Shown: positions 1-9,561 of the stretch, piece after piece
Position numbering within the stretch: position 1 is the first letter of the stretch
How the letters are laid out: each line of letters opens with the position of its first letter
From: Chloropicon primus
Taxonomy: Eukaryota
Assembly (NCBI GenBank): GCA_023205875.1
Contig: CP060756.1
Span: 930,001-994,000 of the forward strand
Length of the DNA stretch: 64,000 nucleotides
Direction of reading: 5' to 3'
The notes under the pieces: generated by a model
Database searches by the model: none
The model's input: the letters and a program-made list of their open reading frames with translations, nothing else
What the model was told of the DNA's origin: nothing
Translations under genes and position numbers: made by a program

Positions 1-456
1 CAGGTCGACGAGGAGCACAAAGTCCGTTCCTGGGGAGTCCCTCCTAGTGAGTACCGCGAGCATTCCGGTCTCCTCGTCCAGGGCCGCGTCTCTCACGCAG
101 CCGTACCTCCCGGGAATCTTCACCCTCCTCTTGCAGTCGAGGGCCCCGGTGTTCCAGCAGCACAAGGTGCCCTCCGCGCTCCCAGTGACCACAAACCTCG
201 CCCCCGACTCGGCTCGGAACTCCACCCCGAAGAGCACGAGAGTCTCGTGGCCGTCGAGTATCGCCGACAAGCTCCATTCTCCCCCAGGCCCCGGGCCGTC
301 CTGCTGCCAGACCAGTATGGACCCGTTCTCCTTCCCCAGGGACCACAGCTGTTTCCCCTCTCCCTCCCCGTCCACGAAGCGCAAGAGCTTCCTCGGGCTC
401 TGCCCGGGCACGAAGCTCCTCGGCAGCGTCGCGCACCCCACTCTCCCGCCCAACAT
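1..456 (-). CDS. WD40-repeat protein, WDR7/rabconnectin-3 beta-like; 5' part only, runs off the window start
   Basis: Not in the ORF track because there is no stop in the window. Hand translation from ATG 456: MLGGRVGCATLPRS...LWSLGKENGSILVW...AILDGHE...VVTGSAEGTLCCWNTGALDCKRRVKIP, open to position 1. GH...W WD40 pattern resembles the N-terminus of plant WDR7-like proteins. Confidence 0.7.
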   Translation of the reverse strand, partial: MLGGRVGCATLPRSFVPGQSPRKLLRFVDGEGEGKQLWSLGKENGSILVWQQDGPGPGGEWSLSAILDGHETLVLFGVEFRAESGARFVVTGSAEGTLCCWNTGALDCKRRVKIPGRYGCVRDAALDEETGMLAVLTRRDSPGTDFVLLVDL

Positions 457-945
457 CCTCGACCTCACCCACTCCTCACCTCATCGCAGACGACCAGACA
501 ATCAATCAAACGAATCAAACAATCTCCTCCCCCCACGGACGCCGCAGCAACTCTTCCTCTGAACTTCTCCCTCACCGCATGAAACTTGGCATACGACCAC
601 ACTTTCGAAAGCCCTGGAGACGCCCTTTCGTCCCACAACCCTCCCTTGGTCCCAAGACCCTCCCTTGGTCCACAATCAATCGTATTCGTATCGTATCGTA
701 GCCTCGTCGACGATGCTCGAAGCTCTTGATCGACCTTTTTTTTTTTTTCGGTGCGTGTGTGGAGACCGGATCTCGTCTCCGCTTTGGATCGTGAGGCTCT
801 GCGGAGTTCGGGCGAGAGGAGGATCCATAGAGCAGCAGACGTAGGTCGACGGCGGCGGTTTTAGTTGTCGAGTGAGTTTTCGGTCAGTATTGCTTGTCGA
901 GGAGTGTTGAGGTTGCCAAGGACTGTGTCTTTGTGCACTGTTAGA

Positions 946-2781
946 ATGAATCAGGATGGCGGAAGCGGCGGAAGGGGAGGAAGCGGCGGTGGAGGACGTT
1001 TCCAGAAGAGGCCGAAGAGGGGAGGGGGAGGGGGAGGGAACGGGAGGCCGACGTTCCAGAAGAGGCAGAGGGGCGGTTCGAACGGAGGGGACAGGGAGCA
1101 GCAGCAGGGCAAGTACTTCAAGGAGAGCGGGGGCCAGAACAGCCACGCGGGCGGTGGGCACCAGCAGAGGCCACCCCAGCAGAACGGGGGCGGGCACCAC
1201 AGCAGAACGTCTGCGACCACCCTGGCGCACATGACCCAGGTGAGGTTCGCGGATCTCCCGATCCACGCGAGCACGAAGAAGGCGATCCGCGAGGTCATGG
1301 GCTACGCGTGCTGCACGGAGGTTCAGTCCCAGGCCCTGCCGGTGTGCCTCGGCGACTCGGACGCCGTCGTGAAAGCGAAGACGGGCACGGGCAAGACCAT
1401 CGCCTTCCTGGTCCCAGCGATCGAGAAGGCCCTCAAGTCCCCGGTCGGTAGGGGCCAGATCCCCATCCTTGCGATCAGCCCGACCAGGGAACTCGCCCAG
1501 CAGATCGCAGAGGAGGCCATGGCGCTCACCAGGTTTCACGGCAGGGAGGTCTCCCGAATCCAGTGTGTTGTTGGAGGCACGAACGTGAAGAGCGACATCA
1601 GGAAGCTGAAGGCAGCGGCGCCGTTCATTCTCGTCGCGACTCCTGGAAGGTTGAACGACCTGTTCCAGAACGGCGGGTTGGACTCGATGGTGAGGCAGCT
1701 CCAGGTCTTGATCTTCGACGAGGCGGACCAGCTGTTGGACATGGGTTTCAGGCCCGCGATCACGGAGGCGCTCAGGTACCTCCCCGCCCCGGGACGCAGG
1801 CAGTCGTACCTGTTCAGTGCAACCTTCCCGAACCAGGTGGAGAAGCTGACGAAGGATGCCCTGAGCTCCAACCACGTCGTCGTGGACACCGTGGGAGAGG
1901 AGGAGCAGACGAACACCCACGTCCAGCAGTACTCTCTGGTCTGCGAGCACAGTGCCATGCCAGCCCACCTCTGGAAGTTCTTGCAGGAGGCCAAGAGCAA
2001 GAGCAAGGACTTCAAGGTCATCGTGTTCTTCCCCACGGCCAGGGTTGTCCAGTACTACGCGGAGCTCTTCCAAAAGCTCGGCTTCCCCGTGATCGAGATG
2101 CACAGCAGGAAGTCCCAGAGCGTGCGCAACAAGATGGCCGATATCTTCAGGAACGAGACGGGTCGCGTCATGTTCACCTCGGACGTCTCCGCGAGGGGAA
2201 TGGACTACCCTGGGGTGACCATGGTGGTCCAGTTCAACATGCCGCCAGACGCGGCGCAGTACGTCCATCGCTTGGGAAGGACTGGAAGGGGCACGGCCAC
2301 CGAGGGCCAAGGCATTCTGCTCTTGGCCGACTTTGAGAGGTCTTTCTTGAACAAGGTCAGGGACTTGCCTATCGAACCGCTGACCAAGTTGAGCGAGGTC
2401 GAGGTCGCCGATTTCGACCCGACCCTGCTCGGCGCTGTGAGGAAGATGAACAACCTCACGCTCGTCATGGCCTACCAGGCGTGGCTCGGGTTTTACAACT
2501 CGAACTTGAAGCTCCTCCGCTGGTCCAAGGAAGACCTTGTCGCCGAAGCCAACGACTGGTTCGCCTCTCTCGGCCAGAGAGAGCCCCCTGCCTTGCTAGC
2601 CAAGACGGTCGGAAAGATGGGCCTCAAGGGCGTCCCGGGGCTCCGTGTCGAAGGCAAGAACGGAGTTCCTCGCCGCGAAGGTGGCGGTGGCGGTGGACGT
2701 GGCGGACGCGGTGGCGGACGCGGCGGCGGTGGTGGTGGCGGACGTGGAGGACGTGGTGGACGCGGAGGATATTCCAGATAG
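946..2781 (+). CDS. DEAD-box RNA helicase (Mss116 / plant RH25-26-31-like) with RGG tail
   Basis: Motifs AKTGTGKT, PTRELA, TPGRL, DEAD, SAT, ARGMD, HRLGRTGR; C-terminal AYQAWLGFY segment; RGG repeats. First ATG at 946. Confidence 0.93.
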   Translation: MNQDGGSGGRGGSGGGGRFQKRPKRGGGGGGNGRPTFQKRQRGGSNGGDREQQQGKYFKESGGQNSHAGGGHQQRPPQQNGGGHHSRTSATTLAHMTQVRFADLPIHASTKKAIREVMGYACCTEVQSQALPVCLGDSDAVVKAKTGTGKTIAFLVPAIEKALKSPVGRGQIPILAISPTRELAQQIAEEAMALTRFHGREVSRIQCVVGGTNVKSDIRKLKAAAPFILVATPGRLNDLFQNGGLDSMVRQLQVLIFDEADQLLDMGFRPAITEALRYLPAPGRRQSYLFSATFPNQVEKLTKDALSSNHVVVDTVGEEEQTNTHVQQYSLVCEHSAMPAHLWKFLQEAKSKSKDFKVIVFFPTARVVQYYAELFQKLGFPVIEMHSRKSQSVRNKMADIFRNETGRVMFTSDVSARGMDYPGVTMVVQFNMPPDAAQYVHRLGRTGRGTATEGQGILLLADFERSFLNKVRDLPIEPLTKLSEVEVADFDPTLLGAVRKMNNLTLVMAYQAWLGFYNSNLKLLRWSKEDLVAEANDWFASLGQREPPALLAKTVGKMGLKGVPGLRVEGKNGVPRREGGGGGGRGGRGGGRGGGGGGGRGGRGGRGGYSR

Positions 2782-3044
2782 AAAGATGACAAACATTGTA
2801 TTGAATGTTGTATAATACTCTGACATAGTTGATAATTGTGTAATGTATTAGCTTTCTTCAGCTTTCTTCCCCCTTCCTCATCTCTCCAGCGCAGCGAGCG
2901 AGAGATCATACGATTTTGCTTTCCCTTCAAAGATGATTGTGATTGAGAGGGAAGAGAGAGACAGCGGGGGAGGGAGAGAGAGAGAGGGAGAGACAGAGAG
3001 ACAGAGAGACAGAGAGACAGAGGGCAGGGAAGGGAGAGAGAAAG

Positions 3045-3860
3045 ATGGAAGATGGGGGACTTGTGGGGGACCTCGTGCTAACCGAGGAGGAGGAGGCCGC
3101 ACATGTGAGGCAAGATGACTCCAAGGTGGACTCTTTGCTGGACGAGTACGACGAGGAGAGCGAGCCCATATCTATATTTTCCACTGCTGACAAGCGGAGG
3201 TTGTTCGTGGTGGAGGACATCATAAAGGTCTGCTCGGGCTGCCGGCCCTCTTTCCTGTTCACCGGCTACGTCGTGGAGCACGCCCCCGGGGCGCTTCCCT
3301 CGTCACTTCGCTTATCATCGAGGGAGAAGACCATAGAGAAGGACCTCACCCTTTCGCTGCGATATGAACCACCCAGCCCGAAGTTCAGTCGCTCCTGCCC
3401 CACAAGCACATCGTACAGACTCAAGGTAAGCGATTCGACACTCTTTTTCCTCACTTCTTCGCCTTCTCCTGGTTGAGAGTGACAGTGGATTCTGACACGG
3501 TAGGTATCTTTGTCTTGTCCCCCCTCGCAGGTGTCCAGGGGTGCGGAGTTCCTATACCTCACACGAGGCTTGACGAAGAAGATTAGGGTCGATGAGCGGG
3601 AGCTTGTGGTCACGTGGGGAAATCTTGAGCTCGCCTTCGCGAACAGTGAAGAGCTCAAAATCTTCACCAGCGCCCTCAAGTACGTGCTCGTGGAGGACAG
3701 CAAGGATGACCAGAGTGCCCGCCCCAGAAAAGCGGAGGGCAAGCGTACAGCCAAGGGATCCTTCATGGATAGGAAGTGGACGGTGTATGACTGGGTTGTA
3801 CCAATTTCCATGTCGCTTGCTGTGATGGGATTGTTTCAGTATTATAAGCGGAAAAGCTAA
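3045..3860 (+). CDS. Uncharacterised tail-anchored membrane protein; exons 3045-3425 and 3531-3860
   Basis: GTAAGC donor at 3426, CTGAC branch-like site and CGCAG acceptor at 3530 join two ORFs in phase 0. C-terminal hydrophobic helix WVVPISMSLAVMGLFQYY followed by KRKS. Confidence 0.7.
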
Positions 3861-3971
3861 TGATTTACAATTTATTTTCTCTCGACTACGGAGGCTTCTT
3901 TCTCTCTCTTCTTTACACAAAAACTTTTCTCATCCTTTCTCTCTAGTGGTGCGCCCGTCGTGATTGCAATA

Positions 3972-5456
3972 CTAAAGCCATTTGCGGCACAGCTTGGAGC
4001 TGAGGGACACGAAGAGCCTCGCTTCGGAGTCGTCCAGACTTGATTTCTGAATTGAATGCTCGAGCAGGGCCTCAGCCTCGCCCTTCAGGCGCTCTCCCAG
4101 GTCCTGGCAGGCACTTACGACGGCGAACTGCATTTCGAGGTCCTTCTCTGCGGAGCGGTAACCGTAATTTGGGGACCCTATGAAGGTCGCCACTGGGTTG
4201 CTCCCTGAAGTCGGGAAATACCACAAGCCCTTCGCGTGGTACTGCCAGTCAGGCCTCTCGTACTCGTGAAGGTTAATCTCTCTGCCGCTGCTTGCCTTCA
4301 TCCGACGCACCAGGTCATTGGTCAGATTTTGGTACACAAAGGGGATCAACGCTTTGCTCGAGTTGGAACTCTTGTAAAAACCGTTCGCCCTCGGGGACGC
4401 AGTGACAAATTGCACGGAAGAATCAGCCTGCAGCAGGGCCTTCTCTAGCTTCTTCGTCACGTTCAGGTACCCCGACGACATGACGATGTTCTGAGTCCCC
4501 GGCACACCCTGGGCACTGCCCATAGACCTCAAGGCATCGAGAAAAGACAACATGACCTTCTCGTCCTGACGGTAGTTGATGCAACCGAGCTGGACCAAGG
4601 GGAAGACCAGAGCGTGGTCACCGAGGCCATCCAAGGCATCGGTTTTCCGGTCCCCCACCGGCTCCAAAGCCTTAGCCAAGTCCATTTGCAGGTTCTCGGA
4701 GAAGGCCTTGGGGGACGACACTGGGTCGAACCCACTGGGTGGTGCTTCAAGTCCGCCGGAGCGGTCCAGCTGATAGGAGTGCTTGCCGACGGCATCGATT
4801 ATGTCGCAGACCCTGCTCGCCAACTCGGCGCTCTTGAAGGAGACGTACCTGTCCTGCCTGTTCGTGAAGTACCTCTCGTTCAAGTTCGCCCCGCTCATCA
4901 GAACAGCGTCGTCGAAAACGTAGACTTTCATGTGGCAGACTCCCATAATCTCCGAGTACGGTGGTTTTACAACCGACTTGAGAAGCCCCTTGAGCCTCGG
5001 CGTGTGATACAAGCTGACTTGAGGCGGCTCCCCCCCGCCTGGCTCCAGGAGCGAGCTGGCCAGAGTCTTGGCGATCGTCTTCGACCCCTCAGACCTCCTA
5101 GCCCTCAATGCATCGAGCAGGAGGCTCACTCGGGTGCCTCGCCTCTTCGCTGCGGCCAGCAACTCGACAAGGCCCCTCTCCTTCTCCGTGGTCTGGCCGA
5201 TGTAAAGGGTCGACACCACCACTTTGTCCCGCGCGCTGCTTATCCCGGACGCGAGGCACTCGTGGAACTCGCTTGGCGTCCTCAGGACTCGGATATCGCT
5301 CGTCTTCACACGCACCGGTTTGGCGTTTTCGCTGAGAATGCGCGCCAACCGAGCTGCGGCAGCGACTCCAGTCGGGTCGGGAGGACCCGAGCTGAAGCAG
5401 CGCCCGCACACCACCCTCGGGGCTGCAGCTACCACTGCCGCGGCCCGGGAGCCCAT
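3972..5456 (-). CDS. PGS1: Phosphatidylglycerophosphate synthase, PLD-superfamily (yeast/animal PGS1) type, mitochondrial
   Basis: Two HKD-like motifs (HMKVYVFD...SGANL...YFTNRQDRY; HAKGLW...GSPNYGYRS...DLE); N-terminus resembles a mitochondrial presequence. Confidence 0.9.
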   Translation of the reverse strand: MGSRAAAVVAAAPRVVCGRCFSSGPPDPTGVAAAARLARILSENAKPVRVKTSDIRVLRTPSEFHECLASGISSARDKVVVSTLYIGQTTEKERGLVELLAAAKRRGTRVSLLLDALRARRSEGSKTIAKTLASSLLEPGGGEPPQVSLYHTPRLKGLLKSVVKPPYSEIMGVCHMKVYVFDDAVLMSGANLNERYFTNRQDRYVSFKSAELASRVCDIIDAVGKHSYQLDRSGGLEAPPSGFDPVSSPKAFSENLQMDLAKALEPVGDRKTDALDGLGDHALVFPLVQLGCINYRQDEKVMLSFLDALRSMGSAQGVPGTQNIVMSSGYLNVTKKLEKALLQADSSVQFVTASPRANGFYKSSNSSKALIPFVYQNLTNDLVRRMKASSGREINLHEYERPDWQYHAKGLWYFPTSGSNPVATFIGSPNYGYRSAEKDLEMQFAVVSACQDLGERLKGEAEALLEHSIQKSSLDDSEARLFVSLSSKLCRKWL

Positions 5457-5775
5457 CTTCGGTCACTCAAGGCCAAGGGAGGCGAACCCCCCCTTCGTCT
5501 GCCTGCTGTCCTGGAGGGAAGGAGATGGAGATCAGAGAGAGAAGGGAGAATGGTGCAACGGAAGGAGGCTTGTAGCCGCGCTTTAGGACTTGTTGGGAAC
5601 GCGATTGGATCACGATCGATCGAGATCCAGTCACTGGGACCGTAGCGGAGAAAAGAACAGAGAGTTATCATCATCTAGTGAGGGTAAGGTTGGTTGGTGA
5701 TCCGAGGTAAGGCATCAGGTAAGGATACTTTTTTTTTTTCTACAGTAACATTAATGTAACGTTATAAGGATGCTT

Positions 5776-7236
5776 CTACCTGTTCATGCGCTTCAATAGA
5801 TGTTGTACACTGGTATCCGAGCTTATCTTCTTCCTGTATTTTTGTATGTAAAGGTTTGCCGTGGTTTCAGCCCTGTGCCTCCTGGAGTCCTTGAACCTCT
5901 TGGAGATCATGTTCTGCTTCTGGTTTGCGTCCAAGCAGTTCAGTGCCTCGTGGGCTGTGACTGCGCCCAGAATTTCCGTGTAACACTTCTCGAGGGCCGA
6001 CATGGTCATGTCCGTGGCCCTGACCAGGATGGACACGAGCTCCTCAACGTCCTTTGACAAGAAGTCGTCTTGTGAGAACTGCTTCAAGATGTTGATGAGC
6101 TCCTGCTGCCCGAAGTGCGACCCCTCCACCAGAGACTTGGTCACCTCGTCCAAGATCAGGCTCTCGCCGTGGAGGAGGCCCGTGGACCTGTTAGAGCTTT
6201 TGGAGAGCTTCGCCATGAGCACGCTGCACCAGGCCTGGTCCTCCATCCTCAAGATGGCCTCCTGGGTCGCCTCGATCTCGGCCCAGCAGCGCGCCTTGGC
6301 CAGCTCTTGGGAGACGTTGTTCGCGCTCGAGTTGTACAGGACCTCCCTCGTCGCTGGCCTTCTGGTTTGAACTTCTGGCTTCATCGTTGGGTTGTTCTTG
6401 CTCCACACGGGCGCCGTGATGGGCCGCGTCATGACCTCCTCGGCTTCCATTCCGGCCGAGTCCCCACAAAGGGCGTTGAACTTCCTTCTATACGTGCTAA
6501 TTCTATCCCTCTTGAACCTCCCCAGCCTCTGCTTGAGAGTGTCGTCCAAGCCGACTTTCATCTTCTCCACCTCCGTCACGACGTTGGCGGTCCGCCTGTG
6601 CGCTGCCGCCGAGATGCTCCTGGGCTGCACACTGCCCCGGTCCTTGCCCTTGCCCTGCTCCTGCTTCGGGTTCGTGATGCCTTTCTTCGTGGGCGAGAAT
6701 TTGATGGGCGGGGAGTCCGCGGGGCCCGGAGACTCGGGCCGTCCAAGCAAGCTGCTCAGGACAGAAAACCTTCTGTCCTTGAGCCCTGGCTTGGAGGTGT
6801 TGGACGCGACGATCTCCTCGCCCCTGTACTTCTTTCTGAGCGTCATCCTGACGTTCTTCTTCCGCATGCTCGGGGTCCCCGCGTCCTTGGGGTCTTTGAG
6901 GCTGAGGCTCATCCCCGGCCTCATGTTCTGGTGAAACGTGGTCGACATCCTCCTGCTGTACTTGTTCTCGGGCTTCTGGACGTAGTACATGGGCTCGATT
7001 CCAGCCTCAAGCAGCCTCGCGTGCTCCCTTGGCATGGACGACACCGCTTCCAGGAGACTCTTCTTCGACTCCTCGAAGGCTTTCCTTCCTATCTCCTTGT
7101 CGTACGACGATATCTCGGGGAAGTTCACCTTGCTGAGAAAGGCTCCGCCCGCCTTGCAGTGGGTGACCGCCCTGTTCCCCTCCTTGATAAGGTCCTTGAG
7201 GACGTTCATCCCCGACGACCTTCTTTGAGACGACAT
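5776..7236 (-). CDS. Hypothetical protein, 486 aa
   Basis: Long ATG-initiated ORF with the same GC3 codon bias as neighbouring genes; no recognisable domain. Confidence 0.7.
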   Translation of the reverse strand: MSSQRRSSGMNVLKDLIKEGNRAVTHCKAGGAFLSKVNFPEISSYDKEIGRKAFEESKKSLLEAVSSMPREHARLLEAGIEPMYYVQKPENKYSRRMSTTFHQNMRPGMSLSLKDPKDAGTPSMRKKNVRMTLRKKYRGEEIVASNTSKPGLKDRRFSVLSSLLGRPESPGPADSPPIKFSPTKKGITNPKQEQGKGKDRGSVQPRSISAAAHRRTANVVTEVEKMKVGLDDTLKQRLGRFKRDRISTYRRKFNALCGDSAGMEAEEVMTRPITAPVWSKNNPTMKPEVQTRRPATREVLYNSSANNVSQELAKARCWAEIEATQEAILRMEDQAWCSVLMAKLSKSSNRSTGLLHGESLILDEVTKSLVEGSHFGQQELINILKQFSQDDFLSKDVEELVSILVRATDMTMSALEKCYTEILGAVTAHEALNCLDANQKQNMISKRFKDSRRHRAETTANLYIQKYRKKISSDTSVQHLLKRMNR

Positions 7237-7430
7237 GGCTCCTCAGCAGTCCGGCTGTGTCGCCACAACGCACAAGCCCCGACTACGCTCGAGACGCCAC
7301 CTTCCTCGTGCTCTGTGCCCCCCCCTCTCTCTCCCCCCCTTCCAAAGCTCGTCAAGCCAAGCCAAGCCCAACCTCTCTGCGAGTCTGTCCCCAACGATAA
7401 CCCACGACTTCGCGCCCCCGCACCAAGCCC

Positions 7431-7710
7431 GCCTCCTCTTCCTCTTCCTCTCTCTCTGTCTCTCTGTGTCTCTTGCCAAGTCAAGGCCAAGGCCAAGGTC
7501 AAGGTCAAGGTCAAGGCCTGTCCGCCTGTCAGTCCAGTCCTCCTCCTGGTACCCCCCTGATTCAAACCGCCTCCTCTTCCTCTTCCTCTTCCTCTTCCTC
7601 TCTCTCTGTGTCTCTTGCCAAGTCAAGGCCAAGGCCAAGGTCAAGGTCAAGGTCAAGGCCTGTCCGCCTGTCAGTCCAGTCCTCCTCCTGGTACCCCCCT
7701 GATTCAAACC
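7431..7710. repeat. Direct tandem duplication of a ~140-bp unit (7431-7568, 7569-7710) containing CTCTTC and (C/T)CAAGG hexamer arrays
   Basis: The two copies are identical except in their leading pyrimidine microsatellite; located in the divergent intergenic region upstream of GDI. Confidence 0.95.
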
Positions 7711-7907
7711 CGCCTCGTCGTACAGCTCGAATTCCTTCCTTGAAAAAAACTTGACCAACGGTCGGTTTTTTTTTTTTGGATTGCGCGAGGGGGAAGAGAG
7801 ATAGAGACAGAAGAGGAAGAGGAAGAGGTGTGTGTGTGTGAGTGTGTGTGTGTGTGTCGTGTTGTTGTAGCAGAGAGGTGAGGAAGAGGGAGTGAGGAAG
7901 AGGAAGG

Positions 7908-9242
7908 ATGGACGAGGAGTACGACGCGATCGTGTTGGGGACGGGGCTGAAGGAGTGTATTATCTCGGGCCTGCTGTCGGTGGCTGGAATGAAGGTGCTG
8001 CATATGGACAGGAACTCGTACTACGGGGGAGAGTCCGCGTCCTTGAGCCTCGACCAGCTCTGGAGCAAGTTCCGCGAGGGGGAGGAGCCCCCGAAGACGC
8101 TCGGTCGCGGGAACGACTACAACGTGGATCTCGTGCCCAAGTTCATCATGGCGGACGGGAAGCTCATTAAGGTCCTTATCCACACGGACGTGGTGAAGTA
8201 CCTGGAGTTCAAGGCGTGCGACGGGAGCTACGTGTACAAGCAGGGCAAGATTCACAAGGTCCCCGCGAGCGACATGGAGGCCCTCAAGTCGCCGCTCATG
8301 TCCTTCTTCGAGAAGCGCAGGGCGAGGAACTTCTTTATCTACGTCCAGGACTACGACGAGAAGGACCCCCGCACCTTCAAGGGGAGGGACCTGACCCGCA
8401 TGTCGATGAGGCAGCTCTTCGCGGAGTTCAGCCTCGGCGACGACACCGTGGACTTCATCGGCCACGCCCTGGCGCTGTACAAGGACGACTCCTACCTGGA
8501 CCAGGCCGCTCTGCCCACCGTGAAGAAGATCAAGCTGTACAACGACTCGTTGTACCGCTTTGCGGGCACGAAGACCCCTTACATCTACCCGCTCTACGGG
8601 CTCGGGGAGCTTCCGCAGAGCTTCGCCCGCCTCAGCGCGGTGTACGGCGGAACGTACATGCTCAACAAGCCCGACTGCGAGGTGGTGTACAACGAGAACG
8701 GCGAGGCCTGCGGGGTCAAGTCGGACGGGGAGACCGCCAAGTGCAAGTTCGTGGTCGGCGACCCGAGCTACTTCCCCGGGAAGGCCAAGGTCGTGGGCAA
8801 GGTCGCCAGGGCGATCTGCATCATGGACCACCCCATTCCGGGCACCGTGGACGCCCACTCCGTCCAGATCGTCATCCCCCAGAAGCAGGTGGGGAGGAGG
8901 TCCGACATTTACGTGTTCTGCTCGTCCTACGCCCACAACATCGCGGGCAAGGGCAAGTACATCGCCTTCGTGAGCACCACGGTCGAGACATCAGTGCCCG
9001 CCCAGGAGCTCGAGCCGGGCCTCTCCCTGCTCGGACCCGTGGAGTACAAGTTTATCCACGTCATGGACTACGAGGCCCCCTTGTCTGACGGGAAGACGGA
9101 CAAGTGCTTCATTTCCAGGGGGTACGACGCCTCGACCCACTTCGAGTCCACCGTCGACGACGTTTTAGAAATGTATACGAGAATCACGGGCAAGGCCCTG
9201 GACCTGGACAACCTCAGCCTCAACCAAACCATCGAGGGCTGA
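7908..9242 (+). CDS. GDI: Rab GDP-dissociation inhibitor
   Basis: MDEEYDAIVLGTGLKEC, HMDRNSYYGGESASL, DLVPKF, PYIYPLYGLGELPQSFARLSAVYGGTYML, YDASTHFE. Confidence 0.98.
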   Translation: MDEEYDAIVLGTGLKECIISGLLSVAGMKVLHMDRNSYYGGESASLSLDQLWSKFREGEEPPKTLGRGNDYNVDLVPKFIMADGKLIKVLIHTDVVKYLEFKACDGSYVYKQGKIHKVPASDMEALKSPLMSFFEKRRARNFFIYVQDYDEKDPRTFKGRDLTRMSMRQLFAEFSLGDDTVDFIGHALALYKDDSYLDQAALPTVKKIKLYNDSLYRFAGTKTPYIYPLYGLGELPQSFARLSAVYGGTYMLNKPDCEVVYNENGEACGVKSDGETAKCKFVVGDPSYFPGKAKVVGKVARAICIMDHPIPGTVDAHSVQIVIPQKQVGRRSDIYVFCSSYAHNIAGKGKYIAFVSTTVETSVPAQELEPGLSLLGPVEYKFIHVMDYEAPLSDGKTDKCFISRGYDASTHFESTVDDVLEMYTRITGKALDLDNLSLNQTIEG

Positions 9243-9509
9243 AAGGAGGAGAACAGAAGGGAGGGGGGAGGACCAGGAGCCTCTCTCGGGGGTGTGCTCT
9301 AATGTGCCAAATGTGCTTGTAGTATTACACACACCACGTCTCTTTGCTTTTTCGACGACTGTGCCAACAACCAACAACCTCCCTCCCCTGGAGGATTCTT
9401 TCTCCTATTAATTCCCCCCCCATTTCCATTTACAAATTTTTGAACCCCCAAGGGTTTGCCACCACTGCGGTAACGCTCGGACAGCGCGCGCTCCCACCGC
9501 CCGCACTGA

Positions 9510-9511
<2 letters not shown>

Positions 9512-9544
<33 letters not shown>
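9512..9544. repeat. (GA)n microsatellite just upstream of a start codon
   Basis: Perfect GA dinucleotide tract ending ~17 nt before ATG 9562. Confidence 0.95.
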
Positions 9545-9547
<3 letters not shown>

Positions 9548-9561
9548 ACGCGAGAGACCAC

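Noticed and set aside
44..562. Track ORFs 44-472 (-) and 47-562 (+)
   Set aside because: Alternative-frame or antisense shadows of the WD40 gene that starts at 456 on the minus strand.
7481..7516. TCAAGGTCA repeats identical to a metazoan nuclear-receptor half-site
   Set aside because: Nuclear receptors are animal-specific; better explained as a hexamer microsatellite.
7431..7710. Possible CRISPR-like or MITE structure in the repeats
   Set aside because: Direct tandem copies with no unique spacers, no terminal inverted repeats and no target-site duplication; eukaryotic context.
9434..9456. AATTTTTG Sm-site-like motif followed by a small AACCC/GGGTT hairpin
   Set aside because: No upstream U1/U2/U4/U5 signature such as the U5 loop GCCTTTTAC; likely chance.
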